64,000 nt of DNA. It comes from Abditibacterium sp. GTDB taxonomy: Bacteria; Armatimonadota; Abditibacteriia; Abditibacteriales; Abditibacteriaceae. Below are positions 1 through 9,395 of this stretch, piece after piece; the first letter of the stretch is position 1; each line of letters opens with the position of its first letter. The stretch spans positions 1,216,001 to 1,280,000 of the forward strand of contig CBDASK010000003.1 of NCBI GenBank assembly GCA_965199495.1. Direction: 5' to 3'. The notes under the pieces are model-generated. The model was given only the letters and a program-made list of their open reading frames with translations, was not told the origin of the DNA and did no database searches. The position numbers and the translations under genes were made by a program.

Positions 1-574
1 CCTGAAAAGGAAGCGATAGAAAGCCTAATTTTCCGACTCCTACATCCGATCATCCGCCTTTACTACTCGCCATTTTACGTTTCGCCAGAGAGATAAAATG
101 GCGTTTGGCTGGCGTTTGGCTTTTTCGGGATTTGATCTCTAGTAGCCTTTCTAAGCGCAGGAAACGGCAAGTTGCAGTTTGAAGTAGCAACAACGAATCA
201 GAACAGATTTGCTTCACCAAAAAATCTGTTCTCGATGCGATTGGCATGCGAGAACAAACAACAATCACCGGATCCGCGAGGAGTAAACCCAAGCCGTAGC
301 AACGGTGATAAGAGACAACTTCAAATATTCCGAACTGAAAGCGGCGTTGCGTCCATGCTGCCAGGCCCGAACACAACGCCGCTTTCACCCCTGTCGCTTT
401 ATGAGAAGCGACGCTAACAACCCACAGTCGAAGACCGAAAGGCTCATTTTTAGTTTAACCACCGCGAGACACGGCGAAAACACTCGGCGCGCTCCCATAG
501 GCGCCAAGTATTTTTAAACCAAAACAATTTCGTCATCTTCGACTTCGATCGACTTATATATAGGAGTCAAACAC

Positions 575-1504
575 ATGTTATTCAAAAATCTATCAGAAGA
601 GCGCGAAAGTGTACAGACAAAAAAGACAACGCCCAATGGCTTTGCCAATGGCGTATATCTGACCGACACAACGTCGGCAACGGCAGCAGCAATGCCAGAT
701 CGGAATTCGGTGGCTTCCGAGTCAACGAACGACGAAGTGGGCGCTTCGCCGGACATGCAAAGAGGTCACGACGAATTTCGTCATGGTCAATCGAGCGCCC
801 CGGGAAACACACACTTTGTTTGTCCGCACCAGGGAGTCACTCGCAAACGACGCATTGCCGTATTCGGTGACGGGGGGCCAAGTAGTTTGGTTACTTCCGC
901 CAGTATCGCTTTCACGCAGGGCATTCAGAGAAGCTCGACAGAGCTTATTTCCATTCCAAATGAGGTTGAATTCTTGTCATCTCCTTTTTCCGAAAGGCTG
1001 GACTTGATCATCGCGGACGAGCTGGGGTTGCCCCGTGGCGATGAGCGGGAAAGGTTAATAGATCATGTGTGTGCGAGTCCAACTATGCCGATTTTTATCG
1101 GTAACCCAGGTTCGAAGTTCGCAAAAAGGTTGCCTCCAGCACAGGTTCGGCGCTTCCCAAAGACTCATGCCGAAGTGGATGATGTAGTTTTCCAAATGTT
1201 TTTTGGGCCACCACCTGTTGCGGCGTTGACGCTTCACCTTTACGACGTTCTCGCCTGGCTTCCCGACATAACATCGCCGATCGAGGTCGCCGATTATTTG
1301 GAGTTTCTGCACCCGGAGCAATATGCGGATGCATTGCAATCTCTTCGGGGCTGTAATAATCCTCGCAGTATTCTTCGTTGGAAATTGCTCGAAGTTTTGG
1401 GCGACTTGCTGTTCGGGGAGGAAAGGTTCAACATCGAGGCCGACCTACTACCGTTCGGCGATCACTTGAACTTCGCTCTGGTGAAAACAGTGGCTCAACA
1501 ATAA
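575..1504 (+). CDS. Hypothetical protein, possibly a degenerate P-loop ATPase (AAA_22/TniB-like)
   Basis: 309-aa ORF with a GGAG RBS upstream. It has AVFGDGGPSS (eroded Walker A), LIIADE (Walker B-like) and PIFIGNP. Confidence 0.45.
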   Translation: MLFKNLSEERESVQTKKTTPNGFANGVYLTDTTSATAAAMPDRNSVASESTNDEVGASPDMQRGHDEFRHGQSSAPGNTHFVCPHQGVTRKRRIAVFGDGGPSSLVTSASIAFTQGIQRSSTELISIPNEVEFLSSPFSERLDLIIADELGLPRGDERERLIDHVCASPTMPIFIGNPGSKFAKRLPPAQVRRFPKTHAEVDDVVFQMFFGPPPVAALTLHLYDVLAWLPDITSPIEVADYLEFLHPEQYADALQSLRGCNNPRSILRWKLLEVLGDLLFGEERFNIEADLLPFGDHLNFALVKTVAQQ

Positions 1505-1636
1505 CAATCTTTAGCGGATTGTTCGGAAGCCGCCATGCCAACAAAGCGTGGCGGCTTCCATATCCTCAACTCGGGGTGTTTCACATGCCCCCACCCTTTT
1601 TGAGTGCCACCCGAATATAACGGCACACCAAACATC

Positions 1637-2071
1637 ATGAAAAACGATAACGCCGCTTACGAGCGCACAAACCAATGGGCGGAGTTGAACGATCCCCAAT
1701 CGTCCGACGCCACCCAAATCAGAAACGAGTTGGTAAAGGCACCATCTCTCAAACCCAATACGATAGCAGAAGTCGAAAGCTTTGCCAGAGTCGTATTACG
1801 AAAAGCTTGCGATTGTCGCATCAGATCGACTGTCGAGTCCATCATCAGCGATTTCATCGACCACAGCGACCAAACATACGACCTTTTTGAAGAGATCGGC
1901 ACGTTCTACCACGGCCACGGCATTGCCGAGGAGATGATTGAGTGGTTCTCCGTCAAAGAGGTGATGCGAATTCTCTTGTCTTCCGCCTTCGGGCGAAAGT
2001 TCGAGGTTCGGAAGCGAATGCTGACACGCTACGAATTCGAGGACGCTCGCGTCTACCTTGCCGAGCGGTGA
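1637..2071 (+). CDS. Hypothetical protein
   Basis: ORF 1604..2071 with likely ATG at 1637; protein-like composition but no motif recognised. Confidence 0.5.
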   Translation: MKNDNAAYERTNQWAELNDPQSSDATQIRNELVKAPSLKPNTIAEVESFARVVLRKACDCRIRSTVESIISDFIDHSDQTYDLFEEIGTFYHGHGIAEEMIEWFSVKEVMRILLSSAFGRKFEVRKRMLTRYEFEDARVYLAER

Positions 2072-2165
2072 AGCAAACAAAGCCGGATGTAACGTTTCTC
2101 ACGTCGCACCCGGCCTTCAACTATTCCCTCGATATGAGTCGGGTGCTTTTGCCCCCTTGATTTCA

Positions 2166-2210
2166 GCAATGGGCGCGCGAGTCACTCGCGCGCCCATTGC
2201 GTTTATTTCT
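2166..2210 (+). terminator. Intrinsic terminator-like hairpin
   Basis: Perfect 16-bp stem GCAATGGGCGCGCGAG-tca-CTCGCGCGCCCATTGC followed by gtttatttct. Confidence 0.6.
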
Positions 2211-2340
2211 CAAGTTACCCGCCAATTTTCGTGCACGCGGTTGCTCGGCCTGAGTGGCGCATTCCCGACTTGGAAGCGAGGGCGAATTCGCCCCATCGAC
2301 ACCTCATAGATGATTTAGCTACTGACATATAGAGACAATT

Positions 2341-5028
2341 ATGAACTCTCATCCCTCTTCACCACCCGGCGATGAGCGGCGAAAGGACATATCGTGCGGC
2401 ATTCCGCGCGATATTTCTTGCGACGTCCCGGGCGATATACCGGGCGATGAAGCGCTGCCCGTCACCTCCCATTTGACCGATGCCCAAACGACTGTTTTCG
2501 CGCCCGAACCAAAGCCCAAAGCCACGGGCGAAATAGCGCAGGAACCGATTCACGGAGAAAACGAAACAGCGAAACAGCGGCCCCTTTTTACGGAGTGGCC
2601 GAGCGCGCAAACATTACGCGCTTTGCTGCGCTGTTCCTATTCCAAATGTCCCTGTCAACGTGAAGGACGCGACGTTCACTGTCCGGCCCACGATGACCGG
2701 CGCCCCAGTCTCAGCCTGGGCGAAAGCGCGGAAGACGGCAAACCGTTGTGGAAGTGCCGCGCCGGTTGCACGCAGCACGAAGTCACTGCCGCCCTACGCC
2801 ATCGCATCACCACTGATCCCCTGATCGCGCAAATTGCCCTGCGCGGAACCTCCGCCGATCCCATGCGATCGGCCCCAAACCCCGATATGATTCAAAACAC
2901 AAACACTCACGATAGCGCCGCGATGATTGGCGAATGCGAATGCGATTCCAATGCAGACGCGGAAACTTACGAAGCAGAAACGCAGGAAGATGGTTTCATA
3001 ACGGAGACAACGTCCCCCGAGGACGAGTCGCCATCGAAAAGCGAAGCTGATGAGCAGGAAAAGCACGGCGAAAAAGATGTGAATCCTGAAGCTGCGGAGG
3101 CTGGTCCCGAAGCTGTGGAATCCGATGTGGACGTTGCAGAGACGGCTTCGGAAAGTGCGATTGACGAAGCCGACATTCCTTGCGATCAAACTCCGCCTCG
3201 ACCGCTCAAGACCTTGCGCGAGCGCGGTATCACCAACGAAACGCGCAAGCATTTTGGCCTCGAGGATTATTACCAGTTGGGGGTTGCCTACCACTGCGAT
3301 TTAACTCTGAGAGAGGGGCGATACCGCGTCAAAAGCTTCTTCCCCAATTTCTCCTCATTTTTCTGGATGAATGGCGACGAGGAAAAGTCGAGATTCTATA
3401 ATATCGGCGCAATACCCGATGACTGCGAGCGCATAATTTATGATCTCTACCTCGTTCAAGGCGAGGCCGATGTTTGGATCATGCACCAATGCGGCTTTTT
3501 GGCCATCTCATTCATCGGCAGTCGCGACCCGCGATTGTTGGCCAGGGTGCTGGTCGCATATGGCGTAAATTCCATCAACATAATTTTCGACAACACCCTG
3601 GCCGGTCGGCGCGCAACGTTAGAAACCTGCGAGGTTCTCTACGAGCGAATCCATATCAACGCGTTACTGTTGGAGGGCGCGCATGGTTTGAGCGTTACCA
3701 CCCTGTTCGAGCGTGTCGGCTTCAATCGAGAAAAATTTCGCGACGAGATCGAGACTTTGCGCCGGATGCCGAGTAATGTTTTCGACTCATGGAGAAACGA
3801 CCCCGAGACTATGAAAGATGGCTTGCCCGAAGTCGGCGCCGACGATGACGGGCTTTTGCCCTGTTACAGTGTGGATGATCTGAGGCTACTGCCCAGAACG
3901 CAAGCCTTGATCGAGGACATGATGCTGTCGGAAGGCGTGACACTAATTTCGGGCAGACACTCTTCGGGCAAATCATTCGTGGCGCTTGGCATGGGACTTT
4001 CGGTTAGCCAGGAGCTACCGTGGCAAGGCAAAAAGACGGGATCTGGAGCCGTCTTCTACTTTAGCGCCGAGGGGACCGAAGGGCTTTACAATCGGATTTG
4101 CGCCTGGCAGCAAACGCATGGCGTCGGGGAGATAACAAACTTTGCCGTGGTCAAAGACGCGGTCTATATCGTCGATGCGGCGGCGCGGCAACGCGTGGTC
4201 GACACTGTTCGTGCCCAACTGCAAAAGATGGGGCTCGCGCTCGACGGCGCCGCGCTTTTGATCTTCGACACACTGGAGCGTTACCGGGGCGCTCTCAATG
4301 AAAACGACACCAACGACATGGGGCTTTTCATGGACGCTGCGGAAGAGATCGGGCGCGAACTGGGTGCTGCGGTGCTGGTCGTTCACCACAACAACCGCGA
4401 AGGTGGCCATCGCGGCTCGTCGGTTTTGACTGATAACGCCGTTGGCCACCTGGAAATTAGCAACCCTCCAAGCAAGGGCCAGGGCCAGAAAATCAAAATT
4501 CGAGTCGCCAAGCTGAAGGACTTTGCGCAGGGCCACAGCCTGACCCTGGGAAGCCAGGTCGTTGAAATCGGCGGCGTTGACGAATTTGGAAAGCCGTTGT
4601 CGTCGCTGGTTATAGTGCTGGACAAGAGTGCTGAAACCAAAGGCGAACAGCTTTCTCCCAAGGAAAATGACGCGCTGCAGGCGTTATTGCAATTGGGCGA
4701 TGTGGGCGCGACATCGACAGTGTGGAAAAAGGCCGCTGCCGCGAAAGGTGTTTCCAGCACAAGCTTCGATCGTGCCAGAATTAAATTGCTCGCTGAACAC
4801 GCGGTCGAGTGCGACAATTCAGACGCTTCTGGCGCGCTTTACAAAGCCGTCGAGGGTTGGTCCGACTCGCCCACAGAAAATGATGAGAAAAACGAATCAG
4901 ATGTCGAGGACGACGAAAATGAGACTCCTCTTGTGCCTTACCATTATCAGTTGAAGGAGGGCGACCCCGAAGTTGACGAATGGAACCCGGTCGGCGAATG
5001 GATAGTGAGATACAAAAGGGAAAGTTAG
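2341..5028 (+). CDS. Mobile-element primase-helicase: N-terminal Zn finger, acidic linker, TOPRIM-like domain, AAA_25/RepA-like SF4 helicase
   Basis: HCPAHDDRRPSLS...WKCRAGC Zn-binding motif; LYLVQGEAD and IIFDNTLAG TOPRIM-like segments; Walker A GRHSSGKS; Walker B LLIFDTL; VLVVHH..RGSS. Confidence 0.85.
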   Translation: MNSHPSSPPGDERRKDISCGIPRDISCDVPGDIPGDEALPVTSHLTDAQTTVFAPEPKPKATGEIAQEPIHGENETAKQRPLFTEWPSAQTLRALLRCSYSKCPCQREGRDVHCPAHDDRRPSLSLGESAEDGKPLWKCRAGCTQHEVTAALRHRITTDPLIAQIALRGTSADPMRSAPNPDMIQNTNTHDSAAMIGECECDSNADAETYEAETQEDGFITETTSPEDESPSKSEADEQEKHGEKDVNPEAAEAGPEAVESDVDVAETASESAIDEADIPCDQTPPRPLKTLRERGITNETRKHFGLEDYYQLGVAYHCDLTLREGRYRVKSFFPNFSSFFWMNGDEEKSRFYNIGAIPDDCERIIYDLYLVQGEADVWIMHQCGFLAISFIGSRDPRLLARVLVAYGVNSINIIFDNTLAGRRATLETCEVLYERIHINALLLEGAHGLSVTTLFERVGFNREKFRDEIETLRRMPSNVFDSWRNDPETMKDGLPEVGADDDGLLPCYSVDDLRLLPRTQALIEDMMLSEGVTLISGRHSSGKSFVALGMGLSVSQELPWQGKKTGSGAVFYFSAEGTEGLYNRICAWQQTHGVGEITNFAVVKDAVYIVDAAARQRVVDTVRAQLQKMGLALDGAALLIFDTLERYRGALNENDTNDMGLFMDAAEEIGRELGAAVLVVHHNNREGGHRGSSVLTDNAVGHLEISNPPSKGQGQKIKIRVAKLKDFAQGHSLTLGSQVVEIGGVDEFGKPLSSLVIVLDKSAETKGEQLSPKENDALQALLQLGDVGATSTVWKKAAAAKGVSSTSFDRARIKLLAEHAVECDNSDASGALYKAVEGWSDSPTENDEKNESDVEDDENETPLVPYHYQLKEGDPEVDEWNPVGEWIVRYKRES

Positions 5029-5051
5029 GTCAAAGGCCGGTGAGTTTTGGG

Positions 5052-5088
5052 CGAGGGGCCGGTTCCACAGAACCGGCCCCTCGTTTTA
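5052..5088 (+). terminator. Rho-independent terminator
   Basis: 14-bp stem CGAGGGGCCGGTTC-caca-GAACCGGCCCCTCG followed by TTTT, right after the helicase stop. Confidence 0.8.
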
Positions 5089-5445
5089 TCTGCACATCAC
5101 TCGCGCGATTCGCTTGGGTGATGGCGACCATAAAGTCCGTCACCAATAGACCTTGCGCGATAGAAACGTCCGCCCCAACGACTCGCATTATCAGCGCCTC
5201 GAATTGGTTCGAGGCGCCAACTGGACAAACGCCTTCTCACCCGTCGCACACCCGTCGCACACGCGCGCAAAGGAGTTCGAGCAGTAACGCGTCGGCGGCG
5301 AAAGTGCGTGGCGCGCGCCCGCCCGATATTCTCTGGCATATCGTGGCCATCCTGATAAACACAATTTCAATCCGGAGTTTCGCTTTAACTCACGCTAATT
5401 CCTAATATGAATTTTCGTTCGCAGGTGCCGCTTCAACCATCCGCC

Positions 5446-5727
5446 TCAACCAATTGCGGTATTTCCGTCCTGTTCCAAATCGGCGAACAACCGGGCCAGC
5501 GTCATTTGCAAGGCGCGCGCGATTTTGGCGGCAGTTTCGATCGTCACCGTTTTCTCGCCGCGTTCGATGGCGCCGACATAGGTGCGGTGAACGCCAACAC
5601 GAAAAGCGAATTCTTCTTGCGACCAACCGGCCTCATTTCTCAAGCGCCGCACCAGACGACCAAACCGCAGAGCCAGAGAAGGCAACGCGGCATCGGAAAA
5701 AGTCGGAATTAAAGGGGGCGTATCCAC
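5446..5727 (-). CDS. XRE-family HTH regulator (controller/C-protein-like)
   Basis: FGRLVRRLRNEAGWSQEEFA...HRTYVGAIERGEKTVTIETAAKIARAL, a typical HTH_3 pattern. Confidence 0.9.
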   Translation of the reverse strand: MDTPPLIPTFSDAALPSLALRFGRLVRRLRNEAGWSQEEFAFRVGVHRTYVGAIERGEKTVTIETAAKIARALQMTLARLFADLEQDGNTAIG

Positions 5728-5765
5728 CTTCAGAGGAAACGGCTTTGATAGCTAAAGCTCTACAT

Positions 5766-5864
5766 TCTAAAGATAGCATCGCTTTCAATAGAGCGGCCAG
5801 TAGGGGCAAATCGTCTTTGCCCTTGTTGCCAATTTTTCCCTGCGTTATGCTATCTAAAGATAGC
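5766..5864. promoter_or_regulatory. Candidate XRE operator sites
   Basis: Palindrome GCTATCT-AA-AGATAGC at 5849-5864; its core TCTAAAGATAGC recurs at 5766-5777; both lie in a divergent intergenic region. Confidence 0.5.
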
Positions 5865-5913
5865 GAGCAGCGCCTGATTTCAAGCGACTGTCGCTCAAGT
5901 AGGAACTGACTTT

Positions 5914-6900
5914 ATGACACCTCCCCCCACTCCGCCGCCCTCGCCGTTTGATCCCGGTTCGACGCCACCACCTTCGCCTTTCAATTCCGCGCCGACTGCG
6001 CCCTCTTCGCCTCCCAATAATCCAGTGCCCGCTCCAGACTTGCCCTGGTATGCCCGGCCATGGGCAACTATTGTGGCATTGGTCGTCTTCCCACTTCAGC
6101 CCGTGGGGATTTTCTTGATGTGGAAATACCGCGACTGGGAGCGCGGCCCCAAAGTCGTCGCAACAATCGTTTCGTTGGTTTTCTTTTCGAGCTTGTTGCC
6201 CAAATCGCCCGACACAGCAGCGACGCGCACGGCTTCCAATTCGCCATCGGCCACCGCGTCCGCCAAACAAGTGGAGCCAAATGAGCAACCCGCCGCCGCG
6301 CCCAAAGTTGTGGCACCAGACAACTCTACAGCGAAATCCCCCAAAAAGCCCGCTTCAAAACCTGCCGCATCCGCGCCGAAAACTCGGAGCAAGCCAATTC
6401 TGACGGATGAAGATGAGCAACCGAGATCAGACAAAGCACCGGTAGAGGCAATCCCGCGTAACGTCAAAGTCATGGACATTCCAAACGTGGGCAAGCGCCA
6501 GGTCGGAATCGTGAATGACGTGGTTTACGCCGTTTTGGAAGTGGAGAAAACTTCGTCTATCAACACTCCCATCGGTACAACCCAGGCCGGTGGCGCCTTC
6601 TTCGTTTTGACGGTGCGCGCTTTTAACAACGACAAAAAGACCCACGACGTCACCACGGGATTTATTAAGCTGCTCGATGACCAAGACCGCGAGTTCGATC
6701 CCTCCTCCGAAGGCGCCAGCGCGCTTCAGATGGCGGGCGAAGAGCGCATCGAGAGGTTTTCAGTTCAGTTGCAACCCGGCATCACCAAGGAGTTCGTTCT
6801 GATCTACGATGCGCCCGACGACGCCAGTGGTCTGCGCCTCAAAATCCCCGCGAAATCTTTCTCTCTGGATACCGATGCGATCATCAAACTTCCAAATTAA
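5914..6900 (+). CDS. DUF4352-like membrane-anchored protein with Pro-rich N-terminus
   Basis: Two hydrophobic helices, an Ala/Pro/Lys linker, then FFVLTVRAFNND...KLLDDQDREF...LQPGITKEFVLIYDAP Ig-like domain. Confidence 0.75.
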   Translation: MTPPPTPPPSPFDPGSTPPPSPFNSAPTAPSSPPNNPVPAPDLPWYARPWATIVALVVFPLQPVGIFLMWKYRDWERGPKVVATIVSLVFFSSLLPKSPDTAATRTASNSPSATASAKQVEPNEQPAAAPKVVAPDNSTAKSPKKPASKPAASAPKTRSKPILTDEDEQPRSDKAPVEAIPRNVKVMDIPNVGKRQVGIVNDVVYAVLEVEKTSSINTPIGTTQAGGAFFVLTVRAFNNDKKTHDVTTGFIKLLDDQDREFDPSSEGASALQMAGEERIERFSVQLQPGITKEFVLIYDAPDDASGLRLKIPAKSFSLDTDAIIKLPN

Positions 6901-6998
6901 CTTGGACAAGAACGAGACTCCGCTTTTCTGGCACAGCGGCAGAAGCTCACATCGAGCCTCGACCAATGGCGCCATCTCCTCAATTACAGCCTTAGATC

Positions 6999-7730
6999 AT
7001 GTCGCAAAATCAGTTACCAAATACTTCAACGCCACCTTCTGCGCCGCCGCAGTTGCAGTTCTTTGTCGCGCGTCCAGAGCAAAACTATGGGCCTTACACG
7101 TTGCAAGAAGTCAACAGCCATTTGGTTACCGGGAATATCAAGGCGACCGATCTCGCCTGGTATGAGGGCGCGCTTGGCTGGATGCCTTTGAACCAAATCT
7201 CGGGCGTCGTCATTCCTCCGACGCCCGTTGCGCCGCCGCCCGCTTCTTACCCGCAACCGGCGCATCCAAATCCGTTTCACCCGAACCCAGCACACCCGAA
7301 CCCGGCACACCCGTCGGGCGAACATGGGGAAGAAAGCACGATATTCGACACCACGCCCTCGTTTTTATCGGACATCGGGCTGTGCCTTCTGACGGGCGGG
7401 TTTTGGCTCGCCGTTACGGTATGTAGATGCCTGAGCGTTCGCTACAAACTGACGACCGAGCGGTTGATCGTAACGAGCGGGCTGTTGTCCCAGCGTTCCG
7501 AAGAAGTTGAAATCTATCGCGTGAAAGATGTTTCCGTTTCGCAAGGCGCGTTGGATCGGATGGTGGGTATCGGAACGATCACGGTTATGGTGAGCGACGC
7601 GTCCTCGCCGCGCATCGAACTCAAAGCCATCAGCCAACCGATGAAAAGGAAGGAACAGATTCGCCAAATGTCGCGCGCTTCCCGCAAAACCGAAGGCGTT
7701 CGATCGGTGGAATACCTGCCGCCATCGTGA
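6999..7730 (+). CDS. GYF_2 (DUF4339) plus bacterial PH domain membrane protein
   Basis: NYGPYTLQEV...TDLAWYEGALGWMP (GYF_2); HPNP repeats; YKLTTERLIVTSGLLSQ...YRVKDVSVSQG...GIGTI (bPH_2). Confidence 0.8.
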   Translation: MSQNQLPNTSTPPSAPPQLQFFVARPEQNYGPYTLQEVNSHLVTGNIKATDLAWYEGALGWMPLNQISGVVIPPTPVAPPPASYPQPAHPNPFHPNPAHPNPAHPSGEHGEESTIFDTTPSFLSDIGLCLLTGGFWLAVTVCRCLSVRYKLTTERLIVTSGLLSQRSEEVEIYRVKDVSVSQGALDRMVGIGTITVMVSDASSPRIELKAISQPMKRKEQIRQMSRASRKTEGVRSVEYLPPS

Positions 7731-7857
7731 TTTGTGCATGGTGATTTGCAAGTGGTAATTCCGCGCATAAGAATTGGTTATCAGTTGTTTTATAATCCCC
7801 CCTGACAATTCAAATTCAGGTTCACTAATATATCAAATAACCTTCATCAAAACTAAG

Positions 7858-7887
7858 TTGACTTCTACCTTTCCAATTCCCTATAAT
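7858..7887 (+). promoter_or_regulatory. Sigma70-type promoter
   Basis: TTGACT-N18-TATAAT in an AT-rich spacer upstream of the ORF at 7938. Confidence 0.6.
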
Positions 7888-7937
7888 TTTAGATCTGTAT
7901 ATTTTCAGTCAGTTTTCGCTAATTTAAACTTTGGGAT

Positions 7938-8801
7938 GTGTCCTTTCCCCCCACACCTCTCGACTTCTCGCACCTGACCCCACTGCAACGTTTAGTTGTG
8001 TTGCAACTGATCCGCGTCCGCGAGCGGGCCGGATTATCCCGCGCGCAATTGGCGCAGCGCACCGGCTTTGCGCCCGCTGAAATCGAACGCATTGAAACCG
8101 GCCACCGTGCGCTGGATATGCTGGAAGTGCGCGAGTGGTGCCGTGCGGCGGGCACAGCGCTGGTCGAGTTCGCGCGCGAGTTAGACGCACCAATTGCGGC
8201 CTTGTTAGATCAAGAAGACGAAGAGCGGAGGCGCGCACAAGAGGCGCAGGTGGCGCAATCGGAGAAACCCAGCACGCAACTACTCTGTTTTGTGCCCGAT
8301 GCCCCACCCAAATTACTATCGGTTGAAAACGCGTTTGCGGCGATAGAACTTTTGCTGGGCACAAATCAGGTGCGTGTCTTTGCGACCGACAGTTCGGCAA
8401 CGCTGGGCTTTTCTGCCAACGACAGCACGCGGGAGAACGTCATGCGCGGTGCCGGGAGCAGGGACGGAGATGGTGCGAACGGTGAATACACGCTACTCCG
8501 CCCGACCGGAGCGTTTTTGGTCGTGGCCGGAAAACTGAAGGGCAGCCACGTCTCCGCCTCGGCGCCGCGCAACTTGGACTTGTCGTGGGCGCCGCCCGAG
8601 GCGTGGGTGTCGCTGTGCCCTTACGCGCTCGATCTGGCGAATCCGAATAACAGCGAGCGATTGCGCCTGGGTTCGCTTTCGCCGCTGCAACTGGAGCTTG
8701 TCCTCGATAAATTTGCACCCCAGCTCCCGGATAGCGCCGTCGGGCAGATCATGGGCGCGCACCCCGATGGCGCGGCGTGGATGGCGGAGTGGAACGATTG
8801 A
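7938..8801 (+). CDS. XRE HTH protein fused to a DUF3846-like domain
   Basis: RERAGLSRAQLAQRTG...IERIETGHRALD HTH. The C-terminal LLCFVPDAPPKLLSVENAFAAIELLLG resembles the protein at 37641. Confidence 0.7.
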   Translation: MSFPPTPLDFSHLTPLQRLVVLQLIRVRERAGLSRAQLAQRTGFAPAEIERIETGHRALDMLEVREWCRAAGTALVEFARELDAPIAALLDQEDEERRRAQEAQVAQSEKPSTQLLCFVPDAPPKLLSVENAFAAIELLLGTNQVRVFATDSSATLGFSANDSTRENVMRGAGSRDGDGANGEYTLLRPTGAFLVVAGKLKGSHVSASAPRNLDLSWAPPEAWVSLCPYALDLANPNNSERLRLGSLSPLQLELVLDKFAPQLPDSAVGQIMGAHPDGAAWMAEWND

Positions 8802-8835
8802 TGGCACGAAGGCATAGGGGCCAAGCTACGTTTTA

Positions 8836-9258
8836 TTAAATCACCTGATAGTCGCTGCTGGTTCCATAATGAGCGTAAGCCTTTTGAACTTCGCTGATCC
8901 AGAATAAATCTTGCTCATTTTTCCCCGGCTTCGATAACAAGCTCAGTTCTTTGGCCAAGACGTAAAATCCGGGGCCGGGAGCATTGTCGATTTTGCTGAC
9001 CACCAAAGCGCTGGCCAAGAAACCGAAGCGAGCCTGACTACACGAGGAGATGTAGTCCAGATATTCGCTTATCAGTGCCACGTTAACCGGGTGCATTTCC
9101 GTGATGAAATACTTCGCCCCCAGCGATTTGGGATTGAATTCGACGTTTTCCACAAGCTCCGTATAAGTGAGGAAACTTTGCTTGGCCCCAGCGTCGAAGA
9201 TTCGCTGTTGCAGGACATCCAGGGCTGGGTCGCTCTCGTTCAGGTAGGTTTGATTCAT
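8836..9258 (-). CDS. Hypothetical protein (probable winged-helix-like domain seen in defence contexts)
   Basis: ORF with LTYTEL...LASALVVSK...PGPGFY...FW; lower GC; ATG at 9258. Confidence 0.6.
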   Translation of the reverse strand: MNQTYLNESDPALDVLQQRIFDAGAKQSFLTYTELVENVEFNPKSLGAKYFITEMHPVNVALISEYLDYISSCSQARFGFLASALVVSKIDNAPGPGFYVLAKELSLLSKPGKNEQDLFWISEVQKAYAHYGTSSDYQVI

Positions 9259-9395
9259 GATTGGTAAGCTGCACAATTGAATTTAGCTAATGGCGTTCAA
9301 AGCTGCTGCTTTCGCAGCCTGAACTCCATTTTCTGCTGGCGCCCAAAATATTTAGATTAAGTTTACTAATATATAAAATCACTCTACTCCACGGT

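Noticed and set aside
1..574. Short ORFs and a 10-bp inverted repeat (68-77/94-103); frame 1 is open from 1 to 96
   Set aside because: No recognisable product, tRNA or att site. It could be the tail of an upstream gene, but this cannot be supported.
5029..5405. ORFs on both strands and an 11-bp tandem duplication (ACCCGTCGCAC x2 near 5259-5280); possible minus-strand pseudogene
   Set aside because: No motif or RBS; the ORFs overlap the terminator; too weak to call.
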